A stretch of 64,000 nt of DNA from an uncultured cyanobacterium. GTDB taxonomy: Bacteria > Cyanobacteriota > Cyanobacteriia > Pseudanabaenales > Pseudanabaenaceae. Made by a program: the position numbers and the translations under genes. Where the stretch lies: contig OY969811.1 of NCBI GenBank assembly GCA_963703315.1, positions 3,552,001-3,616,000 of the forward strand, read 5' to 3'. The notes under the pieces were generated by a model. The model was not told the origin of the DNA and made no database searches. It worked only from the letters and a program-made list of their open reading frames with translations. This document shows positions 30,171-39,340 of the stretch, piece by piece. Within the stretch, counting starts at the first letter, position 1. The number at the start of each line of letters is the position of its first letter.

Positions 30171-30886
30171 TAAGCAATCAGATCGCGAATCACGACACTA
30201 GCCAGATTTAAGCCAAACAGAGCAGGAATATAAGAAATCGTGCCGTAATACGATCGCTTAAAATTACTACCATCAGTTAATTGCAACGACTCACGATTTA
30301 CCAACTCCTCCGAATAAACCGCAATAATATTTGCTTCAGCAAAACCTTTACGCCGTAATCCTTTACGCACTTTATAGGCAAAGCGGCAACAATCAGTTTC
30401 AAAAATTGGCGCAATCCTTACCTTTTGCGGATCGATGCGTCCCCCTGCGCCCATACTGCTAGCAACTTTTACGCCATTAGTAGCGGCTGCACCCAGAAAA
30501 TATAGCTTTGGTTGTAAGCTGTCAATGCAATCGATCGCCCAGTCAAACTTAGTTGTCACTAATTGCATCATCAGATCTGGAGTCAGAAATTCTTTAATTG
30601 CTGTTAACTGCATTTCAGGATTAATATCCTGCATTCTCTGAGCCATCACATCAGCTTTGTGCATATTGACAGTGCTATCAAGTGCCACAATTTGACGGTT
30701 TTTATTAGACGGATCAACGCGATCGCCATCCACAATCGTCATCTGACCGATACCAGCACGACACAAAAATTCAGCAGCAAAACTCCCAACACCGCCCATA
30801 CCTACAACTAAAACATTGGCTTGTTTCAGTTTATGAAGACTATTTGCACCAATTAGTAATTCTGTACGTTGTAACCAGTCTGTCAT
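30170..30886 (-). CDS. tcdA: tRNA threonylcarbamoyladenosine dehydratase (ThiF/CsdL family)
   Basis: VGMGGVGS, DGDRVDPSNKNRQ, DCIDS, SSMGAGG, GTISYIP. Confidence 0.85.
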   Translation of the reverse strand: MTDWLQRTELLIGANSLHKLKQANVLVVGMGGVGSFAAEFLCRAGIGQMTIVDGDRVDPSNKNRQIVALDSTVNMHKADVMAQRMQDINPEMQLTAIKEFLTPDLMMQLVTTKFDWAIDCIDSLQPKLYFLGAAATNGVKVASSMGAGGRIDPQKVRIAPIFETDCCRFAYKVRKGLRRKGFAEANIIAVYSEELVNRESLQLTDGSNFKRSYYGTISYIPALFGLNLASVVIRDLIA

Positions 30887-30965
30887 GCTAAAAATCAATA
30901 TATACAACACTTAGCATAATGTTTAGAGATGCTTCTGTTTCGTATCTCAACATTACAGATAAATT

Positions 30966-31349
30966 ATGACTTTACCTTCTCACGCCGCATTAACCAAAGC
31001 CGAACTACTCGATCGCTATGCTAAAGGCGATCGCAACTTTGAGCAAACCAAATTTCATGATACGGATCTTCAAGGTGTATCACTGCATGGCATTGATCTG
31101 AGCGAGTCAATTTTGACCCATGTTAATTTAAGCGGTGCAGATCTACGGGGAGCCGATTTAGGATGGACAGATCTCAGTCGCGCCAATCTCGAAAAAGTAG
31201 ACCTACGGGGTGCAATTTTGACCAGAGCCGATTTGAGTCACGCTAATTTGAGAGGAGCAAACCTGCTAAAAGCTGATCTTAGCTTGGCAAAACTAGATCA
31301 TACAAAACTGAGTGGAGCAACCATGCCTGATGGATCTATACATCAATAG
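30966..31349 (+). CDS. Pentapeptide repeat protein
   Basis: ELLDRYAKGDRNF, ADL repeats, ATMPDG. Confidence 0.9.
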   Translation: MTLPSHAALTKAELLDRYAKGDRNFEQTKFHDTDLQGVSLHGIDLSESILTHVNLSGADLRGADLGWTDLSRANLEKVDLRGAILTRADLSHANLRGANLLKADLSLAKLDHTKLSGATMPDGSIHQ

Positions 31350-31387
31350 AATTTCTTGTTAAGTGGCAGAGCCACTTAACAAGAAAT

Positions 31388-31963
31388 TTACTGTAATTTT
31401 TTCTTGATAAAATCTACTAGCTGCTGGAATTGCTTGTGCTGTGACGCAATCTGCTGTTCTAGTTGTTTTTGTTTTGCTTCCAGTGCTTCAATGCGTTTGA
31501 CTAAGCCTTCATCTGCTTGTTCTGGGGCAGATGTATCTTTTCCAGTAGGTGGAGTAGGTACAAGTTGGGAAGGTGGACGTTTTTTGGATAGCTCGATCGC
31601 CTTTTTGATCGCCACAACCAATTCTTTTTGTTCAAAAGGCTTTTCAATAAATACAAAGAATTTATCTTCAAATGGTTCGCCAATTTTGCTAGTAACTTCT
31701 TCCTTCCGCCCAGACATCAAAACTAGAGGAATATGTCTGAGTTCTGGACTTTGTTGCAAACTCTCATAAACCTCAAAGCCACTCAGCTTAGGCAGTAAGA
31801 AATCTAGCATGATCATCCAAGGCTTTTCCTGTTGGATCATTTCTAGCCCTTTGATGCCGTCGGCTGCTTCTAGCACGTCAAAATTCGTTGGCGGAAGCAT
31901 ATCGCGTACCATATTACGGATTACACGACTATCATCAATTACTAGTATTTTGTGAGCTGCCAC
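31388..31963 (-). CDS. Response regulator receiver protein with C-terminal coiled coil
   Basis: LVIDDS, MLDFLLPKLSG, LMSG, IEKPF. Confidence 0.88.
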   Translation of the reverse strand: MAAHKILVIDDSRVIRNMVRDMLPPTNFDVLEAADGIKGLEMIQQEKPWMIMLDFLLPKLSGFEVYESLQQSPELRHIPLVLMSGRKEEVTSKIGEPFEDKFFVFIEKPFEQKELVVAIKKAIELSKKRPPSQLVPTPPTGKDTSAPEQADEGLVKRIEALEAKQKQLEQQIASQHKQFQQLVDFIKKKLQ

Positions 31964-32340
31964 TGCTGATAACCCCTCAGTTATTTTGGTGAATAGAGAT
32001 TTAGCTTAGTTAGCTAGTTTTTAGGGTGATTACATCCATGTCACTGACAGGATCATTTCCAGTCTAAATACAAGCGTCTGTTGATGTAACTAGCTTGATC
32101 AAATTAGCAGTCTATATGAGCTTGTACTAACTAGAAGCTTAGCAAGTAAATATAAAGCTTACTAGTTTTTGTCAGATTTAGCTCTTAAAGACCGCAATAA
32201 TTTAGCATACAGCTACGCCAAAATGGTTATCGCTATAATACTGATGCCGATCGCTTGACGAGGTCTGTATAATCTCATGTGAAAGATTGGACGTGCTGTA
32301 TCTAATGTTCAACTTTTGAGGAATATCAAAGCGATCGCCC

Positions 32341-33099
32341 ATGCTAAAACTGCCAACTAAACCAAATCCCACCTCAATTAACTCAAGCACAACTATAAAT
32401 TCTGATAAAGATCTTGATGAGAATGTTAGCAATAACAAGAAATCAGTGATTGTCAAGTTAGAAAATGTTCGCAAAACCTATGCAAATGGTGCTGTTGGTT
32501 TGCGTGATGTGAACATTGAACTTTACAAGGGAGACTTTAAATTTATTACAGGTCATTCAGGATCGGGAAAATCTACCTTATTAAAGTTGCTCTATGGAGC
32601 AGAGCAAGCCACCGATGGCGATGTAATTGTAAATGGGTTTAACCTAAATGGCTTAAAAGGCAATAACTTAGCAATGTTGCGCCGTAAGATTGGCATTGTC
32701 TTTCAAGACTATAAGCTCGTACCACGCCGCACTGTTTCGGAAAATGTTGCCTTTGTGTTAATGGCACAGGGCTATACCTATAAGGAAATTCAGCGTCGTG
32801 TGCAACCTGCCCTAAAGATGGTGGGCTTAGTGCATAAAGCGAATTGCTTTCCTGAAGAGCTTTCGGGCGGAGAGCAGCAAAGAACAAGTATTGCCAGAGC
32901 GATCGTCAATACGCCGCCACTAGTGCTTGCCGATGAGCCAACGGGCAATCTTGATCCTGACAATGCATGGCAAGTAATTAAGATCTTAAAAAAATTAAAT
33001 TCTTTTGGGGTAACCGTACTTTTGACTACTCACGATGAGCAGCTAGTCAGAGCCGCTAATCATCCTGTGTTGCATTTGCAAAATGGTTATATTGTCTAG
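32341..33099 (+). CDS. ftsE: Cell division ATP-binding protein FtsE
   Basis: GHSGSGKS, VFQDYKL, LSGGEQQR, LADEPTGNLD; upstream of ftsX. Confidence 0.9.
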   Translation: MLKLPTKPNPTSINSSTTINSDKDLDENVSNNKKSVIVKLENVRKTYANGAVGLRDVNIELYKGDFKFITGHSGSGKSTLLKLLYGAEQATDGDVIVNGFNLNGLKGNNLAMLRRKIGIVFQDYKLVPRRTVSENVAFVLMAQGYTYKEIQRRVQPALKMVGLVHKANCFPEELSGGEQQRTSIARAIVNTPPLVLADEPTGNLDPDNAWQVIKILKKLNSFGVTVLLTTHDEQLVRAANHPVLHLQNGYIV

Positions 33100-33160
33100 A
33101 AAAATTGGCGGCACGGCAAAGTCGCACCGCCAATTTTCGTAATTATAGTTGGTATTGATT

Positions 33161-34078
33161 ATGGTGCAAGGATTTGTTCGCTTCTTTACGAAGATTGATT
33201 ATTTACTGCGTGAGACTTTTTTAGGATTGCGGCGTGGTGGTTGGATGAACTGGGCTGCCATTAGTACTGTGGCGGTGTTGTTGTTTCTATTTGGAGCAAG
33301 TTTACAAATTTCTTGGCAGTTGGAAAATGTGTTAGGTCAACTAGGCAGCCAGTTAGAAATATCAGTTTATCTTGACAAAAATACGGTAGGTGAGTCGATG
33401 CAGCCACGCTTACTCTTGATCGATGGAGTGGCTTCTGCACGACTCATTCCCAAAGAAGATGCATGGCAGAATTTGATGAAGGATCTCGGTAAAAATGATC
33501 TTAATCAGGCAACGCAGCAGATTGGGGGCAATCCTTTAGTTGATGAGTTTAAGGTAAGAGCAGTATCTAGCGATCGCGTGCCAGACATTGCGAAACGGAT
33601 TTCTGGTTTACAGGGCATTGATGAAGTGTGGTACACCAATGAAGTCGTGGAGCGTATTGGGCAGCTACGTCGAGCGTTGAGTAATAGCAGTGTGGCGATC
33701 GTGGCGATTTTTACAGTAATTGCGATCGCGGTCATTACCACCACGATCCGACTGATTGTGTTGGCACGAAGGCGCGAGATTGAGGTGATGCAACTAGTGG
33801 GAGCGACGGCTACATGGATTTATTTCCCATTTGTACTGCAAGGTATATTTTTCGGAATTACGGGTGCAGGGACTGCTTATCTAATGCTGATGCTTGGTTT
33901 AAATCTATTAGGTGATGCGATCGTTAATCAACCAGAACTGATCAAATCACTCACGTTAGGTTTAACTACAGATTTGCGATCGCAACTTATTTTACCTGCG
34001 ATATTAGTAAGCTTTGGTTCTGTAATTGGAGTATTAGGTAGTTTGCTTGCTGTGAGAAGATTTTCTTTTAACTCTTGA
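33161..34078 (+). CDS. ftsX: Cell division permease FtsX
   Basis: TTIRLIVLARRREIEVMQLVGAT. Confidence 0.9.
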   Translation: MVQGFVRFFTKIDYLLRETFLGLRRGGWMNWAAISTVAVLLFLFGASLQISWQLENVLGQLGSQLEISVYLDKNTVGESMQPRLLLIDGVASARLIPKEDAWQNLMKDLGKNDLNQATQQIGGNPLVDEFKVRAVSSDRVPDIAKRISGLQGIDEVWYTNEVVERIGQLRRALSNSSVAIVAIFTVIAIAVITTTIRLIVLARRREIEVMQLVGATATWIYFPFVLQGIFFGITGAGTAYLMLMLGLNLLGDAIVNQPELIKSLTLGLTTDLRSQLILPAILVSFGSVIGVLGSLLAVRRFSFNS

Positions 34079-34095
34079 TGTTCAATCGTTTATAA

Positions 34096-34190
34096 AAAGT
34101 TGTAGTGAACGTTTAAAGGCGATCGCCCCTTTATCTATCCATCACAAAGCGATCGCCTTCAACCAAATATCAACAAACTGCGATCGCCTA
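34096..34190. repeat. HIP1 mini-array 1 with left copy of a 32-bp direct repeat
   Basis: GCGATCGC at 34119, 34149, 34180. Confidence 0.8.
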
Positions 34191-34205
34191 CTTCCTCTCA
34201 AAAAA

Positions 34206-34544
34206 TCATTCACCCAAGTTGACCAAAGATAATTTGACACAATTTCTAACGCCTTGACTATCTTGTTCCGATAACTTCCCAATGACAACCAAGTTAGCTG
34301 ATGGAGGCAATGTCACAATAAAGCTACGGAAAACAGATGGAACTCTCAGTCCTGATTTTTGCCAATCTTGAAGTACATAATCCGTCACACCTAAATTTTT
34401 GGTCTGTGAGGTTATAAGCCCGACAATTACATCAGGACGATTTGCATGATATATTTCCGAAGATAATACAACTGCTGGACGGCGTTTGATACCAGTAACA
34501 GCAGGAAAATCAACTGTTACTACATCACCAGATTTCACTTTCAC
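34206..34544 (-). CDS. PemK/MazF family toxin
   Basis: GDVVTVDFP, KRRPAVVLS, LITSQ, GLRVPS. Confidence 0.85.
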   Translation of the reverse strand: MKVKSGDVVTVDFPAVTGIKRRPAVVLSSEIYHANRPDVIVGLITSQTKNLGVTDYVLQDWQKSGLRVPSVFRSFIVTLPPSANLVVIGKLSEQDSQGVRNCVKLSLVNLGE

Positions 34545-34765
34545 TCAACTATCTCCTCATCGTCAAGAAAAGAAGTTACTGCATATTGGAGAGAAAAAGC
34601 AGCTAAATCTAATTGATCCTGCTCTGTCCAAGTGTCGCTATCATCAATAACAGCAACATCTTGTTTGATTAAGCCGTTAAGAATTAATGTCGCTAACTGT
34701 AGTCTCTCAGTTGGCGGAAGATTTGAAATAACTTGTCTATAGATTTCCTGAACAGCTTTTGGCAT
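34541..34765 (-). CDS. Putative antitoxin for the adjacent PemK/MazF toxin
   Basis: 74 aa, acidic C-terminus, GTGA overlap with the toxin start. Confidence 0.7.
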   Translation of the reverse strand: MPKAVQEIYRQVISNLPPTERLQLATLILNGLIKQDVAVIDDSDTWTEQDQLDLAAFSLQYAVTSFLDDEEIVE

Positions 34766-34819
34766 AAAACATTTTCAATGACAGGATATTAAATTACAAG
34801 ACTACATACATTCTAATCT

Positions 34820-34888
34820 GCGATCGCCTTAAACATAATTTTTCAAAAGCGATCGCCTCAACCAAATATCAACAACCAGCGATCGCCT
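34820..34888. repeat. HIP1 mini-array 2
   Basis: GCGATCGC at 34820, 34849, 34879. Confidence 0.8.
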
Positions 34889-35122
34889 CTAATTGGAATG
34901 ACTAACTGCTAAATGTTCAGCAAGGGAGGTTTGAACAACTGTTTGGGGGGTTACTCCTAAACGTTTTGCTTCTTGATTAATTAGCTCAATCATCCAGACA
35001 GGTAAATCGATGCTAAGCCTTTTTTGAGTAGATAAGGGACGTTTAGCTTGAGATAAATCAAGCATCTCGATGATATCTTCTTCTCCATCGTCAAATTTTT
35101 GGTCAAATTCCTTGGAGTTCAT
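34889..35122 (-). CDS. BrnA/CopG-like antitoxin
   Basis: MNSKEFDQKFDDGEEDIIEMLDLSQAKRP...SIDLPVWM...EAKRLGV; start moved to 35122. Confidence 0.8.
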   Translation of the reverse strand: MNSKEFDQKFDDGEEDIIEMLDLSQAKRPLSTQKRLSIDLPVWMIELINQEAKRLGVTPQTVVQTSLAEHLAVSHSN

Positions 35123-35207
35123 AAATGGAAACCTCTTGTGTGCGTGATCGGCGGACAGATATGCTCCGAATATTTTGATCTCGGTAGGTGATAACTCCAG
35201 ACCAATC
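35103..35207 (-). pseudogene. 5'-truncated BrnT toxin remnant
   Basis: Manual translation DWSGVITYRDQNIRSISVRRSRTQEVSIYELQGI*, typical of a BrnT C-terminus; in-frame stop shortly upstream and no start codon. Confidence 0.75.
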
Positions 35208-35233
35208 GCGGACAGTAGGTTTTGAAACGTATT

Positions 35234-35273
35234 ACGAATCGCCCCCAATCAAAATCAACAAACTGCGATCGCT
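35234..35273. repeat. HIP1 mini-array 3 (one degenerate site, one perfect site)
   Basis: acgaatcgcccccaatcaaaatcaacaaactgcgatcgc. Confidence 0.7.
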
Positions 35274-35340
35274 TCTTAGATTTCGCGTAAATGTTACACT
35301 TGGTAAGTTCATATTTATATTTTATCTAGACCAATGACCT

Positions 35341-35598
35341 ATGCCCGTTATTAGTCGGTTTTTGGGAATTGCGATCTATATGTATTGGAATGATCATTTA
35401 CCTCCTCACTATCATGCAAAATATGGTGAGTATGAAATTATTATTGAAATTGAGACTGGTGTGATAACTGGTTCATTTCCAAAACGTGCATTACGTCATG
35501 TTTTAGAATGGCATGATTTACATCAATCCGAGTTGATGGCTAATTGGGAACTTTGCCGTCAGCAAGAAGAACTAAAATCTATTTTTCCTCTGGAGTAA
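35341..35598 (+). CDS. DUF4160 family protein (putative toxin)
   Basis: MPVISRFLGIAIYMY..DHLPPHYHA..ELMANW. Confidence 0.88.
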   Translation: MPVISRFLGIAIYMYWNDHLPPHYHAKYGEYEIIIEIETGVITGSFPKRALRHVLEWHDLHQSELMANWELCRQQEELKSIFPLE

Positions 35599-35602
35599 GG
35601 TT

Positions 35603-35911
35603 ATGTTTCTAAATATTATTTCTGCTCATTATATTGATCGCTACAGGATTGAAATTCAATTCAACGATAGTCGTATAGGAACTGTAGATTTATGCAATAG
35701 CTTAAAGGGTAAAGTTTTTCAACCTTTACAAGATTTATCATTGTTTCAACAGTTTGAGGTTGATGCTGAACTTGGGACAATCCATTGGTCAAATGGTGCG
35801 GACTTTGCTCCTGAATATCTATATTTTCTTGCATTCCGTGATTTACCTGAGTTACAAGAACAGTTTCAAAAATGGGGTTATTTACCCGCTAAAGTTGCGC
35901 TGAACGTGTAA
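35603..35911 (+). CDS. DUF2442 family protein (putative antitoxin)
   Basis: FQPLQD...GTIHWSNGADFAPEYLY. Confidence 0.88.
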   Translation: MFLNIISAHYIDRYRIEIQFNDSRIGTVDLCNSLKGKVFQPLQDLSLFQQFEVDAELGTIHWSNGADFAPEYLYFLAFRDLPELQEQFQKWGYLPAKVALNV

Positions 35912-36012
35912 AGGCGATCGCCTCTAATCAAATCAACAAATAGCGATCGCCCCTTCATCTCCCCACAACAAAGCGATCGCCCCTAATCAAATATCAATAG
36001 CAATGATCACCT
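35891..36012. repeat. HIP1 mini-array 4 with right copy of the 32-bp direct repeat
   Basis: GCGATCGC at 35914, 35943, 35973; degenerate atgatcac at about 36003. Confidence 0.8.
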
Positions 36013-36053
36013 CTTTAGGATGAGACAAATACAGAAATTCACAAACAACACAT

Positions 36054-36923
36054 TTAGTTAATAATAATATTGTCGAATTTTATTTGACGTGTATAAGTTA
36101 CTACTATCAATGAATTTAGTTCAGTAACTGAACTAGGAACTGTAAAATTCATACTTACATCGTAGGTTGATCCTTTTTGCATCTCGCGCTCTAAAGTACT
36201 CCCTCTATATTCCTTAGAATTGACAAAAATCGCATAATTCACAAGATACTCACGACCTTGACGGTCTGTCATTTTATTACTGTCATATAGACGTAAACCA
36301 TAATCTTTACGTTCTTTAATTGTAGTAAGTACAAAAGAGCAATTAACATATGCCTGTTGTCTCGCACATTTTTTAAATTCCCACGTTACGTCATCATCTA
36401 CTTGAATAGGATTACTAACACGAGGATTGCTGCTAGGACTAGCAGTAATGATGGGACTTGGCGTACTACTGGGACTTGCTTTAGGAGTAGCTTCTACAAT
36501 GGTTGGAGCTGTTGGTTTAGGATTTATATAAGTCTCTACAGCTTCTTCTAAAACTTTAACTTTACTATCCTGTGTAACTGATACTCCTTTAGATTCAAGA
36601 TATTTATCTATGTTTTTAATTGTATTCGGTGAAAGGCTGACAAGAGAAGAATCCACTTTTGACGGATCTTTGGAAATGATCTCATTCACATTATCTCCCC
36701 CACTTTTAAAGCCCGTTAGAATTCCAGCCGCAAGTGCCGAAAATGTAAGTGCTAAAAAGAAAAGTATCATGTAGAGAAATATTCTTTCCTTTTGTTTTGG
36801 CTCGGCTTTTCCAAAGAGCAGGAAAACTATAAATGCAATTACAATAGCAACTAGAGCAAAAACTCCAAACAGGCTTCCAGAATTTGCGAGAATCTGAGGA
36901 AGATTGTTAATTAAATTTCCCAT
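36054..36923 (-). CDS. Hypothetical membrane protein (2 TM, Pro/Ser/Thr linker, beta-rich C-domain)
   Basis: Two hydrophobic segments, PTAPT...SPSSTPSP linker, Cys pair in the C-domain; AT-rich, no HIP1. Confidence 0.6.
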   Translation of the reverse strand: MGNLINNLPQILANSGSLFGVFALVAIVIAFIVFLLFGKAEPKQKERIFLYMILFFLALTFSALAAGILTGFKSGGDNVNEIISKDPSKVDSSLVSLSPNTIKNIDKYLESKGVSVTQDSKVKVLEEAVETYINPKPTAPTIVEATPKASPSSTPSPIITASPSSNPRVSNPIQVDDDVTWEFKKCARQQAYVNCSFVLTTIKERKDYGLRLYDSNKMTDRQGREYLVNYAIFVNSKEYRGSTLEREMQKGSTYDVSMNFTVPSSVTELNSLIVVTYTRQIKFDNIIIN

Positions 36924-36953
36924 TTAGGTTACCTATAAATCTAACTTAGCAAT

Positions 36954-36991
36954 AAAAAAAGAGAGGATGCATCGGCAACCTCTCTTTTTTT
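36954..36991. terminator. rbcLXS terminator
   Basis: aaaaaaagagagg...cctctcttttttt hairpin after rbcS. Confidence 0.7.
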
Positions 36992-37000
36992 GTTTAAAGC

Positions 37001-37336
37001 TTAGTAACGAGCGCTGTTAGGCTTGTGTACGATGAAGCTTTGAACTTGGCACTGCTTGATGTTGTCGAAAGCAACAACACGGATAAAGCTACCAGGATAG
37101 CTAGAACGGCAAGCTTGAACTTCGCTCAAAACTTCTTGAGGAGTTCTGGCGTTGAACAAGGGCAACTTCCAAAGAGTCCAGTAGTGAACAGCAGGATCGG
37201 AATCTTCGTTAAATTCGATCGCAGGATAGAAACCTTGCTTCAAGGTGTACTCGATTTGACGAGTGATTTGAGCATCGCTCAAAGGGGGAAGATAAGAAAG
37301 AGTTTCGTAACGACGCTCTTTAGGTAAAGTTTGCAT
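37001..37336 (-). CDS. rbcS: RuBisCO small subunit
   Basis: [29 protein letters not shown]. Confidence 0.98.
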   Translation of the reverse strand: MQTLPKERRYETLSYLPPLSDAQITRQIEYTLKQGFYPAIEFNEDSDPAVHYWTLWKLPLFNARTPQEVLSEVQACRSSYPGSFIRVVAFDNIKQCQVQSFIVHKPNSARY

Positions 37337-37363
37337 TATTTCCTCGCGATTGAAATTATATTG

Positions 37364-37843
37364 CTATTGATTTGGTTGGGTGGGAGCGCGATCGCCTTCA
37401 ACAACTGAATCTGGTTCTGAGTTAGCCACAACTTCTAGAGGAACTTCGAGATTATCTTCAGAACTAGGTTCTAGATTCTCGCATTCTGCATATCCTTCAG
37501 AAGCCTGCACACTCATGATCTTCTCAAAATGCTGACGACGAAGCTGCATATTTGATTGTTGGATTCCAGTACGAGTCATTTCTGGCAGAAATTCTAAAAT
37601 TTCGTTGGCAAGATGTTCCCGCACAGTCATCACTCGAAAAGCCATTTCTTGGTGAACCTCAAAGAGGTCTTTGATATAAAGTTCGCCATTTTGGAGTCTC
37701 TCGCGCGTTGAGAATTGATTAAACCAAAGAGCTTTCAACTTATCGGTTTCTTCCAATTGCTCAGCGATCGTCTTCACAGCCTCGAATGTCAAAAAATTGA
37801 TCAACATTTTGGCTGTGGACTTAGTACTGCGCTTGATATCCAT
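37364..37843 (-). CDS. rbcX: RuBisCO chaperone RbcX
   Basis: Between rbcL and rbcS; LTFEAVKTI..QL.ET, FRVMTVREHLA; start at MDIK. Confidence 0.92.
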   Translation of the reverse strand: MDIKRSTKSTAKMLINFLTFEAVKTIAEQLEETDKLKALWFNQFSTRERLQNGELYIKDLFEVHQEMAFRVMTVREHLANEILEFLPEMTRTGIQQSNMQLRRQHFEKIMSVQASEGYAECENLEPSSEDNLEVPLEVVANSEPDSVVEGDRAPTQPNQ

Positions 37844-37909
37844 AGGTTCACTTAACCAAGATTTTGTTTGTAAGAATGGGCGTAGCCCATTCTTACAACG
37901 GCAGATCAA

Positions 37910-39340
37910 TTAGACGGTATCCATTGCTTCAAATTCAAACTTGATTTCTTTCCAGAGTTCAAGAGCAGCATTCAACTCAGGAGACCAACGACCAGCTTCA
38001 CGAAGGATGTCGCCACCTTCACGCATCATGTCGCGACCTTCGTTACGAGCTTGTACGCAAGCTTCGAGAGCAACGCGGTTAGCGGTTGCACCAGGAGCAG
38101 CACCCCAAGGATGTCCCAAAGTACCACCACCGAACTGTAAGCAAGAGTCATCGCCGAAGATTTCCACGAGCGCAGGCATATGCCATACGTGGATACCACC
38201 CGAAGCAACGGGAAGTACACCAGGCATAGAAGCCCAATCTTGGGTGAAGTAGATACCGCGAGAGCGATCGAGTTCGATGTGGTCTTCACGCATTAGGTCA
38301 ACAAAGCCCATGGTGATGCCCTTTTCGCCTTCGAGCTTACCAACAACGGTTCCAGAGTGAAGGTGATCACCACCAGACATACGCAGACACTTAGCCAAAA
38401 CGCGGAAGTGAATCCCGTGAGTTTTTTGACGGTCAATAACTGCGTGCATAGCGCGGTGAATGTGCAATAGCAAGCCATTGTCACGGCAGTACTTAGCAAG
38501 AGTGGTGTTAGCTGTGAAACCACCAGTCAAGAAGTCATGCATGATGATCGGTGTGCCGATTTCTTTTGCGAAAGCTGCACGTTCCATCATTTGCTCACAG
38601 GTTGGAGCAGTAACGTTCAAGTAGTGACCCTTGATTTCGCCAGTTTCAGCTTGAGCTTTTTCGATTGCTTCTTGTACAAACAGGAAGCGATCGCGCCAGC
38701 GCATGAAAGGCTGAGAGTTGATGTTTTCGTCGTCTTTGGTGAAGTCCAAACCGCCGCGTAGACATTCGTATACTGCACGACCGTAGTTCTTCGCAGACAA
38801 GCCCAATTTAGGCTTGATGGTACAACCCAAGAGAGGACGACCGTACTTGTTCAACTTGTCGCGCTCAACTTGAATACCGTGAGGAGGTCCTTGGAAGGTC
38901 TTCAGGTATGCAATAGGCACACGGATGTCTTCGAGACGCAATGCACGAAGAGCTTTGAAACCAAATACGTTACCAACCAATGAGGTGAGCAAGTTGGTTA
39001 CAGAGCCTTCCTCGAACAAGTCCAGAGGATACGCGATGTATGCAATGTATTGATTGTCTTCGTTGGGTACTGGTTCGACATCATAGCAACGACCTTTGTA
39101 GCGATCGAGGTCGGTCAACAAGTCTGTCCATACAGTTGTCCATGTACCTGTAGAAGATTCAGCAGCTACCGCAGCAGCAGCTTCTTCTGGAGGTACGCCT
39201 GGTTGAGGCACGAAGCGGAAAGCGGCGAGAAGGTCAGTATCTCTAGGAGTGTAATCGGGAGTATAGTACTTTAGTTTGTAGTCCTGTACACCTGCGTCGT
39301 AGCCAGCCTTGGCTTTAGACTGTGTTTTCGAGTAAGACAT
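37910..39340 (-). CDS. rbcL: RuBisCO large subunit (form IB)
   Basis: [29 protein letters not shown]. Confidence 0.99.
   Translation of the reverse strand: MSYSKTQSKAKAGYDAGVQDYKLKYYTPDYTPRDTDLLAAFRFVPQPGVPPEEAAAAVAAESSTGTWTTVWTDLLTDLDRYKGRCYDVEPVPNEDNQYIAYIAYPLDLFEEGSVTNLLTSLVGNVFGFKALRALRLEDIRVPIAYLKTFQGPPHGIQVERDKLNKYGRPLLGCTIKPKLGLSAKNYGRAVYECLRGGLDFTKDDENINSQPFMRWRDRFLFVQEAIEKAQAETGEIKGHYLNVTAPTCEQMMERAAFAKEIGTPIIMHDFLTGGFTANTTLAKYCRDNGLLLHIHRAMHAVIDRQKTHGIHFRVLAKCLRMSGGDHLHSGTVVGKLEGEKGITMGFVDLMREDHIELDRSRGIYFTQDWASMPGVLPVASGGIHVWHMPALVEIFGDDSCLQFGGGTLGHPWGAAPGATANRVALEACVQARNEGRDMMREGGDILREAGRWSPELNAALELWKEIKFEFEAMDTV

Noticed and set aside
34889..35248. 119-aa ORF as listed in the track
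   Set aside because: The N-terminal 42 aa are an off-frame read-through of the brnT remnant; the antitoxin-like sequence starts at MNSKEF (35122).
34119..36012. HIP1 mini-arrays as a CRISPR array
   Set aside because: The constant part is only 8-9 bp, the spacers resemble each other, each cluster has only 2-4 units, and no cas genes are present.
37025..39274. Several ORFs overlapping rbcS and rbcL
   Set aside because: Alternative-frame or antisense shadows caused by strong codon bias in highly expressed genes.
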